Positions 53,316 through 63,954 of a stretch of 64,000 bases of DNA are shown piece after piece; the stretch's first letter is position 1, and every line of letters begins with the position of its first letter. The DNA lies in assembly GCA_017398585.1 (NCBI GenBank), contig JAFQFS010000156.1:33259-97258 (forward strand), written 5' to 3'. The notes below the pieces were generated by a model. It was not told the origin of the DNA and ran no database searches. It worked only from the letters and a program-made list of their open reading frames with translations. A program made the position numbers and the translations under genes. Source of the DNA: Clostridia bacterium. Lineage in GTDB: Bacteria; Bacillota; Clostridia; Oscillospirales; CAG-272.

Positions 53316-53343
53316 ACCGGAGTGACCAAAAATCACTCCGGTT
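53316..53343. terminator. bidirectional terminator between the SLH-protein and TauE genes
   Basis: Arms ACCGGAGTGA and TCACTCCGGT with a 7-nt loop, flanked by an A-run upstream and T-rich sequence downstream. Confidence 0.65.
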
Positions 53344-53349
53344 CAATTT

Positions 53350-54102
53350 TTATCCCATAATCGCCGTCACAAATTTCCATGTATTCACCGCAACGATCAG
53401 TACCCCCAGCACCGCAATCAGCGGCTTCACGGGAACTTTCTTGCACAGGTACGCCGAGAACGGCGCGACGATGATCCCGCCGAAAATCAGTCCGCCGACC
53501 GCCGGAAGATAGTCCGCCACCGACCCGAGCGTCAGAATGAACGCCGCCGATTCCGCGAGCGTCACGAAAAACTCCGCCGCATTGACTGAACCGATGGTCG
53601 TGCGGACGTCGCAGTCCGCCGCAACGAGTGTGGACGTGACAACCGGTCCCCATCCGCCGCCTCCGATGGAATCGCTGAATCCGCCGACCAGCGCAATCGG
53701 ATACACCGCGTTCCCGATTTTCTTCGGCTCCTTCGCCTTCTTTTTGAACGCTTTCAGAAAAATCACGACACCCATCACGATCAGGTACGCGCTGACAACC
53801 GGCGAGATGATACGGTCGTCGAAGCTGGTCAGCACGTATGCGCCGAGCACGCCGCCGAAGACGCCCGGGACGATGAGCCGCAGGAACAGCGGACGGTCGA
53901 TGTTGTTCATTTTGAAGTGGGAAATCCCCGAAACGAGGGTCGTGAACATTTCCGCCGCGTGGACGCAGAACGACGATACCGCCGACGGAATGCCCATCGC
54001 GCGGAGAAGGGTACTGCACGTGACGCCGTACGCCATGCCGAGCGTCCCGTCGATGAGCTGTCCCGCCACCCCCGCAATGAAGCAGATGAGGAATATTTTC
54101 AT
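53350..54102 (-). CDS. TauE/SafE (TSUP) family anion exporter
   Basis: 250 aa, polytopic membrane protein. GTLGMAYGVTCSTLL and IGGGGWGPVVTSTL are typical TSUP blocks. Confidence 0.8.
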   Translation of the reverse strand: MKIFLICFIAGVAGQLIDGTLGMAYGVTCSTLLRAMGIPSAVSSFCVHAAEMFTTLVSGISHFKMNNIDRPLFLRLIVPGVFGGVLGAYVLTSFDDRIISPVVSAYLIVMGVVIFLKAFKKKAKEPKKIGNAVYPIALVGGFSDSIGGGGWGPVVTSTLVAADCDVRTTIGSVNAAEFFVTLAESAAFILTLGSVADYLPAVGGLIFGGIIVAPFSAYLCKKVPVKPLIAVLGVLIVAVNTWKFVTAIMG

Positions 54103-54384
54103 TATATATATTTCCTTATGATAATAATAAGCTGTAATGTATTATAACATGAAGGAAACGGGATTGGCAAGCGGTTCCGGAGCGATTGGCGGGATTTGTA
54201 CGGAAATCGTAAAAAAATGAGAGAAAACAGTGAGCACGTGAGAACAATGGAAACGGGGAAAATTCCACTCCTGCGGGAGAACCGTACCCGAACGCGGTTG
54301 TTGACCGGGGGCGCGGTTTATGGTATTCTATAACCGATGACAGGGCCCGTCGTCGGAACATCAGGTTCGGAAAGGAGACGATTT

Positions 54385-55524
54385 ATGGAATTGATGATTG
54401 CAGAAAAAGTGAAAAAATACCGCAGGGAGCGTGACATGACACAGGAAGCGCTGGCACAGGCGCTCGGCGTGGCACCGCAGTCCGTGAGCAAGTGGGAGTG
54501 CGACGAAGGGTATCCCGACATCACGCTGCTTCCGGCAATTGCGAATTTTTTTGAGATTACCGTGGATGAGCTGATCGGCAATGACGAAATCAGCGCGAAG
54601 GAGGATGTACAGAAGAATTATTTCAATGTACACGGCAAACTCTCCCCGGACGAGAATCTTGCGCTGGCACTGAAATATCACCGCAAATATCCGAGAAACT
54701 GGCACATTGCGACTTCTCTGATGCACGAAATTGCGAAGAATCACCGCGACAAGCTGGACGAATACCGTCCCCTGCTGAACGAAATCGCGGAACGGATTCT
54801 GAAGGAATGTACGGACAGCGTCATGCGGCGGAGTGCGGTCAAGGCAATGTGTACGGTATGCGCTGAGGAAGAGATTGAAGAATGGCTGAAAAAGGATACA
54901 CGCTTCTGGTATAATGATCGGCTGGACATTTATGAAGAGCGTTATCACCTTCTTGATGATAAAGACCAGTATTGGATGTATCGGTATGCGGGGAATTTTG
55001 TCCGTGCGGCAGTAATGGTCGGACGCCTGGTAAAACACGAGAAGAATTATTGGGGCGATGCCGTCGGATTTTCTGAGTGGTTTGAAAATTATGTCAGAAT
55101 ACTGGACGGACTGACAGGACGCAGAACCGATGACGAAATACCGGATGGCTGGATGGCGGATTATGCCCATGCCTATCGCTGTCTTGCCAATGCGTACTGC
55201 GGAAGGAAGGATTACGGGAAAGGGTATGAATATTTGGAACGTGCCCTTGTATTGACAGAGCGTTGGGCAGGTATTCCCGATGAAACACCGATGTCTCTCG
55301 GAAACCCATTATTTTTTGGTGAAACAAAAATCCTGAAGAAAAAATACGGGATCGAATTGCCGAACGGAAAAAAGTTTCCGCATTTACTGGGGATTCGCGT
55401 ATATATGGGTGACCTCGCCTACTGCATGACAACCGATCATGCGGAATGGTCGTGGTTCGACCCCATCCGCAAGGAAGAACACTATCAGCAGATCCTTGCC
55501 CGCGCGAAGGAACTTACCATATAA
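54385..55524 (+). CDS. XRE-family HTH transcriptional regulator with long helical C-terminal domain
   Basis: Start at MELMIAEKVKKYRRERDMTQEALAQALGVAPQSVSKWECDEGYPDITLLPAIANFFEITVDELIG, after AAGGAG. Confidence 0.8.
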   Translation: MELMIAEKVKKYRRERDMTQEALAQALGVAPQSVSKWECDEGYPDITLLPAIANFFEITVDELIGNDEISAKEDVQKNYFNVHGKLSPDENLALALKYHRKYPRNWHIATSLMHEIAKNHRDKLDEYRPLLNEIAERILKECTDSVMRRSAVKAMCTVCAEEEIEEWLKKDTRFWYNDRLDIYEERYHLLDDKDQYWMYRYAGNFVRAAVMVGRLVKHEKNYWGDAVGFSEWFENYVRILDGLTGRRTDDEIPDGWMADYAHAYRCLANAYCGRKDYGKGYEYLERALVLTERWAGIPDETPMSLGNPLFFGETKILKKKYGIELPNGKKFPHLLGIRVYMGDLAYCMTTDHAEWSWFDPIRKEEHYQQILARAKELTI

Positions 55525-55529
55525 AAAAC

Positions 55530-55560
55530 AGCAGGAACGCTTATTTCAGGCGTTCCTGCT
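55530..55560. terminator. bidirectional terminator between the HTH gene and rnr
   Basis: Arms AGCAGGAACGC (55530-55540) and GCGTTCCTGCT (55550-55560), flanked by an A-run and TTTG. Confidence 0.7.
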
Positions 55561-55565
55561 TTGTA

Positions 55566-57752
55566 TCAGTTCCGTTTCGGTTCAAACGTAATTTTTCCCG
55601 CGGCAATGTCCACATCGTACAATACCGCCGTCAAACGGCTTCCGAGCGTGTACACTGTGCCGTCCGCCGCGAGGGTCATGAACTCGTCGTTCACTTTCGC
55701 GTCCTTCCAGCACGCCGCCGGGATGAAGCCTTCCACCAGATTGTCGCACTGCACGAACATGCCGCTCCGGATCACCGAGCATACCGTCACACGGAATTCC
55801 TGTCCGAGCTTGTCCGACATATAGAGCGCCATGTAAAGGTCGGTGATGTCGCGTTCCGCTGTCTGCGCACGCAGTTCTGCGTCACTTGATGACGCTCCGC
55901 GGTCGTATGCCGCCGCCGCGAGTTCGCCGGCGCAGGTCTTGTCCGCTTCACTGAACCGGTCGAGATACGGCAGACCCGTTTTCTCAAGCACGGTCGTTAT
56001 GACCGTGTGGACGAACAGGTCGGGATACCGCCGGATCGGGGAAGTGAAGTGGCAGTACACCGGTGCACCGAGTCCGAAGTGCGGCGCGCAGACCGACTGG
56101 TACTTCGCCTTCATCATGCTTCGCAGAAGAACCGTCGAGACAATCCCGCCGATGCCGCGTTCGTTCGCGTCTTCGAGGATGCCCATCAGTTTTTCCGACA
56201 GCGCCGCGATCTCCTTCATGGAAGCGGGTTTGTCGCCGTCGTCTTCGTCACGCAGGCGCTTTGGCAGCTTTTCTTCCGTATAGATCCCGCGCGTGTCCAG
56301 CCCGAGATTGTGAGCGAAAACAGCGAACGCCTGCATTTTTTCGCGGTCGGGTTTCTCGTGCGTTCGGTACAGACAGGGGAGATCCAGCGTTTTCAGGGTT
56401 TCCGCAACACCGTAGTTCGCCTGCAGCATGAACTGTTCGATCAGCTTTTCCGCATCTCCGCGTTCCCGGCGCAGGATGTCCACGGGTTTCCCTTCGCCGT
56501 CGAGGACAATCACCGCTTCGCTGTCTTCAAGTTCCATCACGCCGCGCTCCCGGCTGTTTTTTGAGAGAATTTCATACAGTTCCCGCATGTCGGCGAGCAT
56601 CGGGAAAACGTCACGGTATTTTTCGTAATAAACGCTCGATTCGCCGTCTGAGAACAGGGCGTTGACTTCGTCGTAAACGCCGCGCACGTTGCTGCGGATG
56701 AGGGATTTGAAAATTTTCGTCCGGAGGCGGCGTCCGTCGGGAGCCAGCGTGATCTCCGCCGAGAGGGCGTATTTGTCCGTGCCGGCGTTCAGCGAGCATG
56801 CGCCGTTCGACAGCGATTCGGGCAGCATCGGTACGACTTTATCGGTGAAGTAAACGCTTGTTCCGCGCTCGCGGGCTTCGTATTCCGTCGGGGTATTCTG
56901 CCGGACATAGTGAGAAACGTCCGCGATGTGCACGCCGAGGATCCAGTTGCCGTCTTCGCGTTCGAGGGAAATCGCGTCGTCGAGGTCTTTCGCGCCCGCA
57001 CCGTCGATGGTGAGGATCAACTTATCTCGCAAATCCATGCGGTTTTCAACAGGATAGATATTTTCTGCCGACACTTCGTCCGCGTGACGGAGTACCGCTT
57101 CCGGGAATTCCGTGCGGATGCCGGACGAATGCAGGATCGCCGCATAGTTCGCATCTTTCGTCAGCGCACTGCCGAAGACGTTTGCGATCTCGCCCATCGT
57201 GTCAAAATACGGCATATCGTACGGACCACGCACGGTGATCGAACGGGTGCGGGTAAAGAATTCCTCCTCGTACGGACGTACTTCGACCTTCAGCAGGTCG
57301 GAATTCGCATCGCAGACCGCATCGGCCGACGTTTCGGGGATATAAATGTTGACTCCGAACCGCTTGCTGTCCGGCACCACGTAGGAATATCCGCGCTTGC
57401 GGTGCAGCGTCCCGATGATGGAATCGCACGCGTATTCCACATCCACGACCTCACCCTCGAGTTTTTCGCCTTCCGCTCTGCCGTTGATTCTGACCGTGAT
57501 GCGGTCGCCGGACATTGCGCCCATCGTCATGCGCGGCGGGAGAAAAATATCGGGCAGTTCGTAGTCCTCGTCGGGGATGCAGAAGCCGAAACCGCGCCCG
57601 CTGTAGGCAAACGTCCCTTCGACGGTCACGCCGAACGCTGTCTTGTTCGCGAATGCGTGGCGGCGGCGTTTTGCTGCCTTTGCCTTGCGGTCACCGGTCA
57701 CGACCTTGCGGAAATCTTTCTTTTTGTTTTTTGTTTTTGTTCTGTTAGACAA
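55566..57752 (-). CDS. rnr: ribonuclease R
   Basis: 728 aa with a Lys/Arg-rich N-terminus, cold-shock-like region, RNB domain (DGAGAKDLDDAISLE, HFGLGAPVYCHFTSPIRRYPDL) and C-terminal S1 (GMFVQ). The secG-rnr arrangement is typical of Firmicutes. Confidence 0.92.
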   Translation of the reverse strand: MSNRTKTKNKKKDFRKVVTGDRKAKAAKRRRHAFANKTAFGVTVEGTFAYSGRGFGFCIPDEDYELPDIFLPPRMTMGAMSGDRITVRINGRAEGEKLEGEVVDVEYACDSIIGTLHRKRGYSYVVPDSKRFGVNIYIPETSADAVCDANSDLLKVEVRPYEEEFFTRTRSITVRGPYDMPYFDTMGEIANVFGSALTKDANYAAILHSSGIRTEFPEAVLRHADEVSAENIYPVENRMDLRDKLILTIDGAGAKDLDDAISLEREDGNWILGVHIADVSHYVRQNTPTEYEARERGTSVYFTDKVVPMLPESLSNGACSLNAGTDKYALSAEITLAPDGRRLRTKIFKSLIRSNVRGVYDEVNALFSDGESSVYYEKYRDVFPMLADMRELYEILSKNSRERGVMELEDSEAVIVLDGEGKPVDILRRERGDAEKLIEQFMLQANYGVAETLKTLDLPCLYRTHEKPDREKMQAFAVFAHNLGLDTRGIYTEEKLPKRLRDEDDGDKPASMKEIAALSEKLMGILEDANERGIGGIVSTVLLRSMMKAKYQSVCAPHFGLGAPVYCHFTSPIRRYPDLFVHTVITTVLEKTGLPYLDRFSEADKTCAGELAAAAYDRGASSSDAELRAQTAERDITDLYMALYMSDKLGQEFRVTVCSVIRSGMFVQCDNLVEGFIPAACWKDAKVNDEFMTLAADGTVYTLGSRLTAVLYDVDIAAGKITFEPKRN

Positions 57753-57890
57753 TGTATACTCCTGAAAAATAATTTGAACTTATCGTTTGCAGAATCCGTG
57801 ATTTTATCCGCTGTACTGAGGCGAAGAAAAACTCCAGATTTGCACAAACTCTGTTATCTGTAATCGTTTAAAGCTTTTTGAAGAGGGGAC

Positions 57891-57945
57891 GAGACTTTCT
57901 TAGGAAAGTCTCAGGGGAAAACTTTTTCTCGAAAAAGTTCTCCCC
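57891..57945. repeat. two adjacent palindromes, the second a family copy (copy 4)
   Basis: GAGACTTTCTTAGGAAAGTCTC (57891-57912), then GGGGAAAACTTTTTCTCGAAAAAGTTCTCCCC (57914-57945). Confidence 0.65.
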
Positions 57946-57964
57946 AATAATTTCCCTCTGTCAA

Positions 57965-57992
57965 ACAAAAAAGCGGAACACACGGCTCCGCT
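57965..57992 (-). terminator. terminator of secG
   Basis: Minus-strand stem AGCGGA/TCCGCT followed by TTTTTT (plus-strand A-run at 57966-57971). Confidence 0.5.
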
Positions 57993-58009
57993 CATTTTGT
58001 TGTTTTCAG

Positions 58010-58384
58010 TTACGGTTCGGTTACTTCGCCTTCTGCTGCGGGTTCTTCCGCGGTGCCTTCTGCGGCTGCACCGTCAACAACGGTTTCACCGAGAGAATCG
58101 GTGACTGCGGCAGCATCGGCTGCAGAGGGAGCGTATGCGCTCAGGTCAACGGTATCCTGAATGAAGTAGGATACGAGAACGAGGAGAGCGAACACGATAG
58201 CAACAACGGTGGTCAGCTTGGAGAGCTTGTTATTGATAGAGGAGCCCTTTTCCTTGCCGAAGAAAGTTTCCGCGCCGCCGGCAATCGCACCGGACAGGTT
58301 GTGGCTCTTACCCTGCTGCATGAGAACAGCAACGATAAGGAAAAGTGCGGAAATGATCAGAAGGATGCCAATCGCGATTTGCAT
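58010..58384 (-). CDS. secG: preprotein translocase subunit SecG
   Basis: MQIAIGILLIISALFLIVAVLMQQGKSHNLSGAIAGGAETFFGKEKG... with a second TM helix and an Ala/Glu-rich tail. Confidence 0.88.
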   Translation of the reverse strand: MQIAIGILLIISALFLIVAVLMQQGKSHNLSGAIAGGAETFFGKEKGSSINNKLSKLTTVVAIVFALLVLVSYFIQDTVDLSAYAPSAADAAAVTDSLGETVVDGAAAEGTAEEPAAEGEVTEP

Positions 58385-58499
58385 GTTTTTGCCTCCGATA
58401 AAAGGTTATAGTATAACCATGATATGGTTATAAGAACTTAGCCTATCTATTGTATCACAGAGTGTAGAAAAATGCAATAGCTTTTCAAAATTTTCTCGA

Positions 58500-59963
58500 T
58501 TATTTCACACCTTCCGAAAGGGCCTTCAGCGCTGCTTCAAAGGCTTCGGCAATGCAGCGTGCGGTATGGATGCCGACGGAGTTGGTTTCTTCGTAGTGGT
58601 TCTCACCCTTGTGGTCGTCGATCTTGTCAAAGAACGGTGCGATCGGGGAGAGCAGGAAGTCGTTCGGAGGAACGATGTATCCGAGTTCGTCGTTCGCGAG
58701 ACCGCAGATGAGCAGGTTGTCATGACCGTACTTCGCGGCGATTTCGGTCAGCGGAACCGGATTTTCGTTTTCCGGAGAGGTTGCCATATCGTCGTCAAAA
58801 TAGCCGCCGTAAACGAGTTCAGGGAAGATTTCGCCCGGGATCAGCGTCAGCGTGTAGTCGCCGAGCGTGAGGAGGGACAGTTCGCTCACAAGCGCGTAGC
58901 CCGTGCCGCTGGTCTTGTCCGGCACCGCGGTGTTGTCGAGGATGCCGAGGAAGCGGTAGTACATGAACGCCGTGTTGTCGAGCGGAATGCTGAACTTCGT
59001 CCGTGCGGAGGTCATCACCGGTTCGATCGTCACTTCTTCGCTTTCCGGAACCGCGAGGAGGTAATCCGCCATCAGGCGTCCCGTGTAGCGCATGTTCTGC
59101 TCATAGTCGTAGAAGCCCTGTTCTTCGCAGAAGTCGCGGGTCATCAGCAGACCGCCGAGGGCTGCGGGCATATACATCATGTTGTCGCCGGTTTCCGCCT
59201 TGAAAATATCCGCCATTTCACCGGGGAAGTCGCGGCTGAGGTAGGTGTTGTCGCCGCGCAGGGATTCCGCGTGCGCAGTGTAGGAGATGATGCGCAGACC
59301 GTCCGAGCCGTCGTCCGGCTTGAAGCGGAGCTGATGCAGGAAGGGGTCGTACACCTGCGGGTCACGCGAGTCGCGAAGGGCATTTACTGTTTCGGCGGCA
59401 CTGTAGGTCAGCGTGCCGGTGCGGCGGTTTTCGTACGCCTGACATGCGGCGTCGAATGCGCCTTCCACAAGCGTCTGCTGGAATTCGGGATTTTTGCCGT
59501 CAACGCCGAGCGGCCCCCAGAGACCGAGGGTGTCGATGCCGGCGTGGGTGTGGGTAGAGTAAACGTGAACGGCCGCGCAGCCCCATTCGGCGCATTCCGC
59601 CGCGAGGTCGGTGCGGATGTCTTCGACGTACTTGTTCGAAAGACCGACGCAGTCGATGCCGATGATCAGGATGCCTTCTCCGCCGCAGTCGAGCCAGACG
59701 GCGGAAGCCCGCTGTTCGTCAAGGATGCCGCTGACGTCCCAGCCCTGGTTGTAGCCGGCGATGTAGATCGGGTTGTCCGACGTTTCCGGATAGGGAAGAA
59801 CCGCCTGACCGAATCCGACGGTCCACTGAGCGGTTTCTTTGCTTGTCAGATCAAAAATTTCTGTGGTCATGGTATCTCCCGTGGCACATCCGGTGAGCGC
59901 GGTCAGCAGGGTGACGGCGGCGATCAGGACGGCGAGCAGTTTCATTCGGTATGTTTTTTTCAT
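58500..59963 (-). CDS. lipoprotein, neutral/alkaline ceramidase N-terminal-domain-like hydrolase
   Basis: Signal and lipobox LLTALTGC. IAGYNQGWDVSGILDEQRASAVWLD...VHVYSTHTHAGIDT resembles the ceramidase-like G-Y...D...ATHTHSGP pattern. Confidence 0.5.
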   Translation of the reverse strand: MKKTYRMKLLAVLIAAVTLLTALTGCATGDTMTTEIFDLTSKETAQWTVGFGQAVLPYPETSDNPIYIAGYNQGWDVSGILDEQRASAVWLDCGGEGILIIGIDCVGLSNKYVEDIRTDLAAECAEWGCAAVHVYSTHTHAGIDTLGLWGPLGVDGKNPEFQQTLVEGAFDAACQAYENRRTGTLTYSAAETVNALRDSRDPQVYDPFLHQLRFKPDDGSDGLRIISYTAHAESLRGDNTYLSRDFPGEMADIFKAETGDNMMYMPAALGGLLMTRDFCEEQGFYDYEQNMRYTGRLMADYLLAVPESEEVTIEPVMTSARTKFSIPLDNTAFMYYRFLGILDNTAVPDKTSGTGYALVSELSLLTLGDYTLTLIPGEIFPELVYGGYFDDDMATSPENENPVPLTEIAAKYGHDNLLICGLANDELGYIVPPNDFLLSPIAPFFDKIDDHKGENHYEETNSVGIHTARCIAEAFEAALKALSEGVK

Positions 59964-59974
59964 CGTTTGTCACC

Positions 59975-60448
59975 TCACAGCAGGTATGCTAAGCCTTCTA
60001 AATTGCGGTAGAGCGAGAGCACGAGGTCGGCGAAGCGGATGTCGTTGACTTCCGTAAGCAGGAGAGAAACAGCAAGCGAGACGGCAAACAGGATCAGTCC
60101 CACGATTACAGCGAGAACGATACTGATGACGAAGCGTGCGCCGCCTTTTTTGTGACCTGTCCGGAGGATCATTCCGACGCCGAAAGAAAAAACAACGGCG
60201 AGCAGACCGGGGATGAGAGCGTGTACTTCGAGGACGGCATGGTCAAGACCGGCGAAGACGTCGACGAAGTCTTCAAGGCTGAAGTCGTCTTCGGCGAGTT
60301 TCGCGAGGATGTCGTCAACGCCGCGGAAAATCGTGGCGGTGAGGGAACAGCAGAGAATGGTGAGCAGGATGGCTGCAAGCAGGACGTAGACAAAGAACAA
60401 CTTCCAGCTCATGTTTTTCTTTTGTAGAGGGATGGATGAATCGTTCAT
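59975..60448 (-). CDS. hypothetical membrane protein
   Basis: 157 aa with three or four hydrophobic helices. AAGGAG RBS. Its stop is 11 nt before the lipoprotein gene start, so the two are likely co-transcribed. Confidence 0.55.
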   Translation of the reverse strand: MNDSSIPLQKKNMSWKLFFVYVLLAAILLTILCCSLTATIFRGVDDILAKLAEDDFSLEDFVDVFAGLDHAVLEVHALIPGLLAVVFSFGVGMILRTGHKKGGARFVISIVLAVIVGLILFAVSLAVSLLLTEVNDIRFADLVLSLYRNLEGLAYLL

Positions 60449-60665
60449 AAAGGCTCCTTTTTTCTGGGAATTTTGTCTTCTTGTTCATTTTATCACATTT
60501 TCGGCAAAAAAGGAAGAACCTCGGTCGAATTATAATGTAAATTTTATAAAAAGCTATTGAAATCAGTGATAAAATATATTAAAATTATGAGTATCACTGC
60601 AATTATATAACATCACCATCTGAGTTATCTGATATTATCAAAACACATCGGAGGTTTCCATACGA

Positions 60666-63600
60666 ATGAAAAAGGCAAACTCCCCGTTCCGGAAATCGGT
60701 GACGGCTCTCCTGACGGCGGCGCTCCTTCTTTCGGGCGCGCTTCTGTCCTGTGAAAAGACTGCGCCGATCACCCCCACGCCCGCACCGGATTCCGCTGTG
60801 ACGGACACGGCACCCGACAGCGCGGACACGTCCGCAGACTCCGCGGAAGAAGCGGCGGTCGAAAAAAAGCCGGACGGCAGCGTTGACAGTGACGCGGAAT
60901 CGATCGAAGGCATCACCATCCGTTCCGCTGCGGAGCTGGCAAAGATCGGTACGAGCGCGAAGTACCCCATCGACGGCGACTACGTCCTCGTTGCGGACAT
61001 CGACCTCACCGCTACCCCCAATTTCACCCCCATCGGCGGTTCCGAAAGTGAATGCGGCATCGTCGAAGGCAAAAACGTTTTCACCGGCACGTTCGACGGA
61101 CGCGGACACACCATCCTCGGTCTGAAGATCGCCGTCAGTGACAGCGACCGCGTACATGTCGGTCTGTTCGGATCCGTCGGTTCCAAGAACAAAAACGACC
61201 CGGCGATCGTCAAGAACCTTGTTCTGAAGGACGTCAGCGTTACCGGCAAGGCAAAAGGTCCGGCGACCTACGGTGTTCTCTGCGGTCAGGTCAGCGGCAG
61301 TGCAGTCATTGACAACATTTCCATCATCTCCGGTACGCTGAACGTTGAAAATGATTCCGGCGATATCCTCGGTATCGGTTCTCTCATCGGTCAGTGCCGT
61401 ACCAAGCATGAGACCGGCTGTTCCAACACCACCATCCACATTTCGAACATTTTTGCGAACGTGGATGTTACCGGCGACAATAACGGCAACGCAAACTATA
61501 CGAGCGGTCTGATCGGACGTATCCGTGCGTCGGATCTCGGTTCGCTCAAGAACGTTCTCCAGCTCGGCACCGTCGTCCATGAAGGCGGCGCGGGACAGGC
61601 GATCACCGGCGGTGACTCCGACGTTATCGACCTCCAGAACGTATACTATCTCTCCGGCTGCGGCAATGAACACCGCGGCATCGGTCAGGCGAAGTCCTAC
61701 GAATCCCTCTGCGGCGGCAACCTTCCGATGGATGAAGCTTACTGGCACCTCGAAGAAGGTCTGTACCCGCTTCCGATCGACACGTACGAAAGCCCGCTTT
61801 TCTCCGTCCTCGACTTTGTCACCGTGACCCTCGCGAACGACGAAACGGCGGACAAGGTGCAGTCCAGCTTCACCCTTGTGGACGAAGTTATGGGCAAAAA
61901 GATCACCTGGAAGAGCAGCGATGACTCCGTCATCAGGATCGACGGCAAGAACGCAAAGGTCACCAAGCCCGAATTCGGCTACGCGGATGTGACCATCACC
62001 GCGCGTGCCGACGGCATCATGAAGTCCTATGACTTGCGCGTCTTCTCCGGCGTGGTCGGTTACATCGAACGTGACGGCGACAAGCTCGTCGCGAAGAATT
62101 ACCCGGACGGCGTGACCTTCAAGTGGATCGTCAAGAACGCCGCATCCGGCGCGACCATGGGCACCGCATCCTCCAAGGACGGTACCTACTCGCTCACTTC
62201 CAAGGATGAAAACGGCATGGTAACCCTGCAGGTCGAAGGCTACGACGACGCGGTTTACTACCACAGCAACATCCCGACATTCTACATTGACAGCGAACGG
62301 GCGTATTACGACGTCTCCAAGGGCGGCTACAACAGCGCGAAGCTCCAGATCATTACCACGTCAGAGTACCCGGATACGAAGTACAACGGCGATATGCAGA
62401 TCAAGCTCCGCGGCAACTCCACGGCTTATCAGGCAAAGCGCCCGTTCCGCATCAAGCTCGACGAAAAGACCTCACTCTTCGGTATGGAAGAAAGCAAGCA
62501 CTGGTGCCTGCTCGCCAATGTCTACGACCGTACCAACCTCCGCAACAAGCTCTCCTACGACTTCGGTATGGCACTGGGGCTTGCGACCTGTGAATCCAAT
62601 TTTGTCAACGTAATCTTCAACGGCGAATACTACGGTATGTACCAGCTCACGGAAGCGATCCGTGCGGAACCCGGTCGTGTGGATATCTTCAACTGGGAAG
62701 AAGAAGCGGAAGATGTTGCCAAGGCGATTGCGAAGAAAGAAGGTCTCTCCAAGGATGAGCGCGACAAGCTCGAAGACAACCTGACGAGAAACCTCTCCTG
62801 GATCACCTCCGGCAAGTTCGGCAACTACACCATTTCCGATTACGTAGATACCTCGGGTTATGACATCACCGGCGGCTACCTCATCGAAAACGACTTCTAC
62901 TACGATGAAGTTTCCAAGTTCACGACGAAGAACGACATGAAGCTCCAGCTTCAGAATCCGGAATTCCTGAACAGCAACGATGATATGATGAATTACCTGA
63001 AGGATTACATTCAGGATATGGAAGACGCGATCTATGCTCCGAACCGCCTGAACGCGGACGGCAAGCACTATTCCGAATACATGGACGTTGATTCGTTCAT
63101 CGATTTCTGGATGGTCAATGAAGTCTTCAAGAACGTCGAACTGCTGTACAAGAGCTGTTATCTGTACAAGGATGTCGGCGGACTTATCACCTGGGGGCCG
63201 ATCTGGGATATGGACTGGACATCCGGCAACCACGTCAACCTCGGCGGCAACGGCGGCAAGTACAACACCTGGTGGCACAGCGAAAGCCAGGACCGTGAAT
63301 ACTGGTACCGTGCGCTGTACAACGACCCGTGGTTCGTTCTTCAGCTTTACGAACGCTGGGGCGAAATCCAGAGCAACATCGACGACGTGATGTCCGAACT
63401 GGAAGTATGGAACGAAAAGCTCGCAGGTCCGTCCGCGATCGATAACACCCGCTGGTGGTACGACTGGACACACGAAAAGGAAGTCGATACCTTCCGCAAG
63501 TGGATGAACGACCGCCGTGAATGGATGACCAAGCAGATGGAAACTCCCGAGACGCTGATGGAATCCTTTGAATATTACACGGCGTCGAAGAACATCGGCA

Positions 63601-63896
63601 TCACCGGTCTGTACGACGGCAGTGACTACTATGACCTGATCGTGACCATCAACGGCGACAAGATCAAGTCGGCGGATCTGCTCATCAACGGCAAGGTCGT
63701 CCGCACGATCGACGGCATCAAGACCGGCGACAAAATCCGTATCGAAGCGTCCGAACTTCGCGGCGCAGGTCTCTACAATTCCGTGGAACTCCTGAGCAAG
63801 GATGCAAACGGCAATTACATTGTCGCACGCAAGCGCTCCGGTCAGAACGGCGCGTCTGCCATGGAAGCGGATTACATCTATCTGATGGGGAAATAA
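60666..63896 (+). CDS. large CotH kinase family lipoprotein with GLUG-motif and Ig-like domains
   Basis: Signal and lipobox LLLSGALLSC. GLUG-like repeats (VGLFGSVGS, GSLIGQC, SGLIGRI). CotH core IKLRGNSTAYQAKRPFRIKL...KHWCLLANVYDRTNLRNKLSYDFGMALGL. Confidence 0.8.
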   Translation: MKKANSPFRKSVTALLTAALLLSGALLSCEKTAPITPTPAPDSAVTDTAPDSADTSADSAEEAAVEKKPDGSVDSDAESIEGITIRSAAELAKIGTSAKYPIDGDYVLVADIDLTATPNFTPIGGSESECGIVEGKNVFTGTFDGRGHTILGLKIAVSDSDRVHVGLFGSVGSKNKNDPAIVKNLVLKDVSVTGKAKGPATYGVLCGQVSGSAVIDNISIISGTLNVENDSGDILGIGSLIGQCRTKHETGCSNTTIHISNIFANVDVTGDNNGNANYTSGLIGRIRASDLGSLKNVLQLGTVVHEGGAGQAITGGDSDVIDLQNVYYLSGCGNEHRGIGQAKSYESLCGGNLPMDEAYWHLEEGLYPLPIDTYESPLFSVLDFVTVTLANDETADKVQSSFTLVDEVMGKKITWKSSDDSVIRIDGKNAKVTKPEFGYADVTITARADGIMKSYDLRVFSGVVGYIERDGDKLVAKNYPDGVTFKWIVKNAASGATMGTASSKDGTYSLTSKDENGMVTLQVEGYDDAVYYHSNIPTFYIDSERAYYDVSKGGYNSAKLQIITTSEYPDTKYNGDMQIKLRGNSTAYQAKRPFRIKLDEKTSLFGMEESKHWCLLANVYDRTNLRNKLSYDFGMALGLATCESNFVNVIFNGEYYGMYQLTEAIRAEPGRVDIFNWEEEAEDVAKAIAKKEGLSKDERDKLEDNLTRNLSWITSGKFGNYTISDYVDTSGYDITGGYLIENDFYYDEVSKFTTKNDMKLQLQNPEFLNSNDDMMNYLKDYIQDMEDAIYAPNRLNADGKHYSEYMDVDSFIDFWMVNEVFKNVELLYKSCYLYKDVGGLITWGPIWDMDWTSGNHVNLGGNGGKYNTWWHSESQDREYWYRALYNDPWFVLQLYERWGEIQSNIDDVMSELEVWNEKLAGPSAIDNTRWWYDWTHEKEVDTFRKWMNDRREWMTKQMETPETLMESFEYYTASKNIGITGLYDGSDYYDLIVTINGDKIKSADLLINGKVVRTIDGIKTGDKIRIEASELRGAGLYNSVELLSKDANGNYIVARKRSGQNGASAMEADYIYLMGK

Positions 63897-63916
63897 TCCG
63901 TAAATAAGCATAATAA

Positions 63917-63954
63917 AACCGGAGGGAACGACAAAAGCCGCCCTCCGGTTTTTG
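63917..63954 (+). terminator. rho-independent terminator after the large CotH gene
   Basis: Arms AACCGGAGGG (63917-63926) and CCCTCCGGTT (63941-63950), then TTTT. Confidence 0.7.
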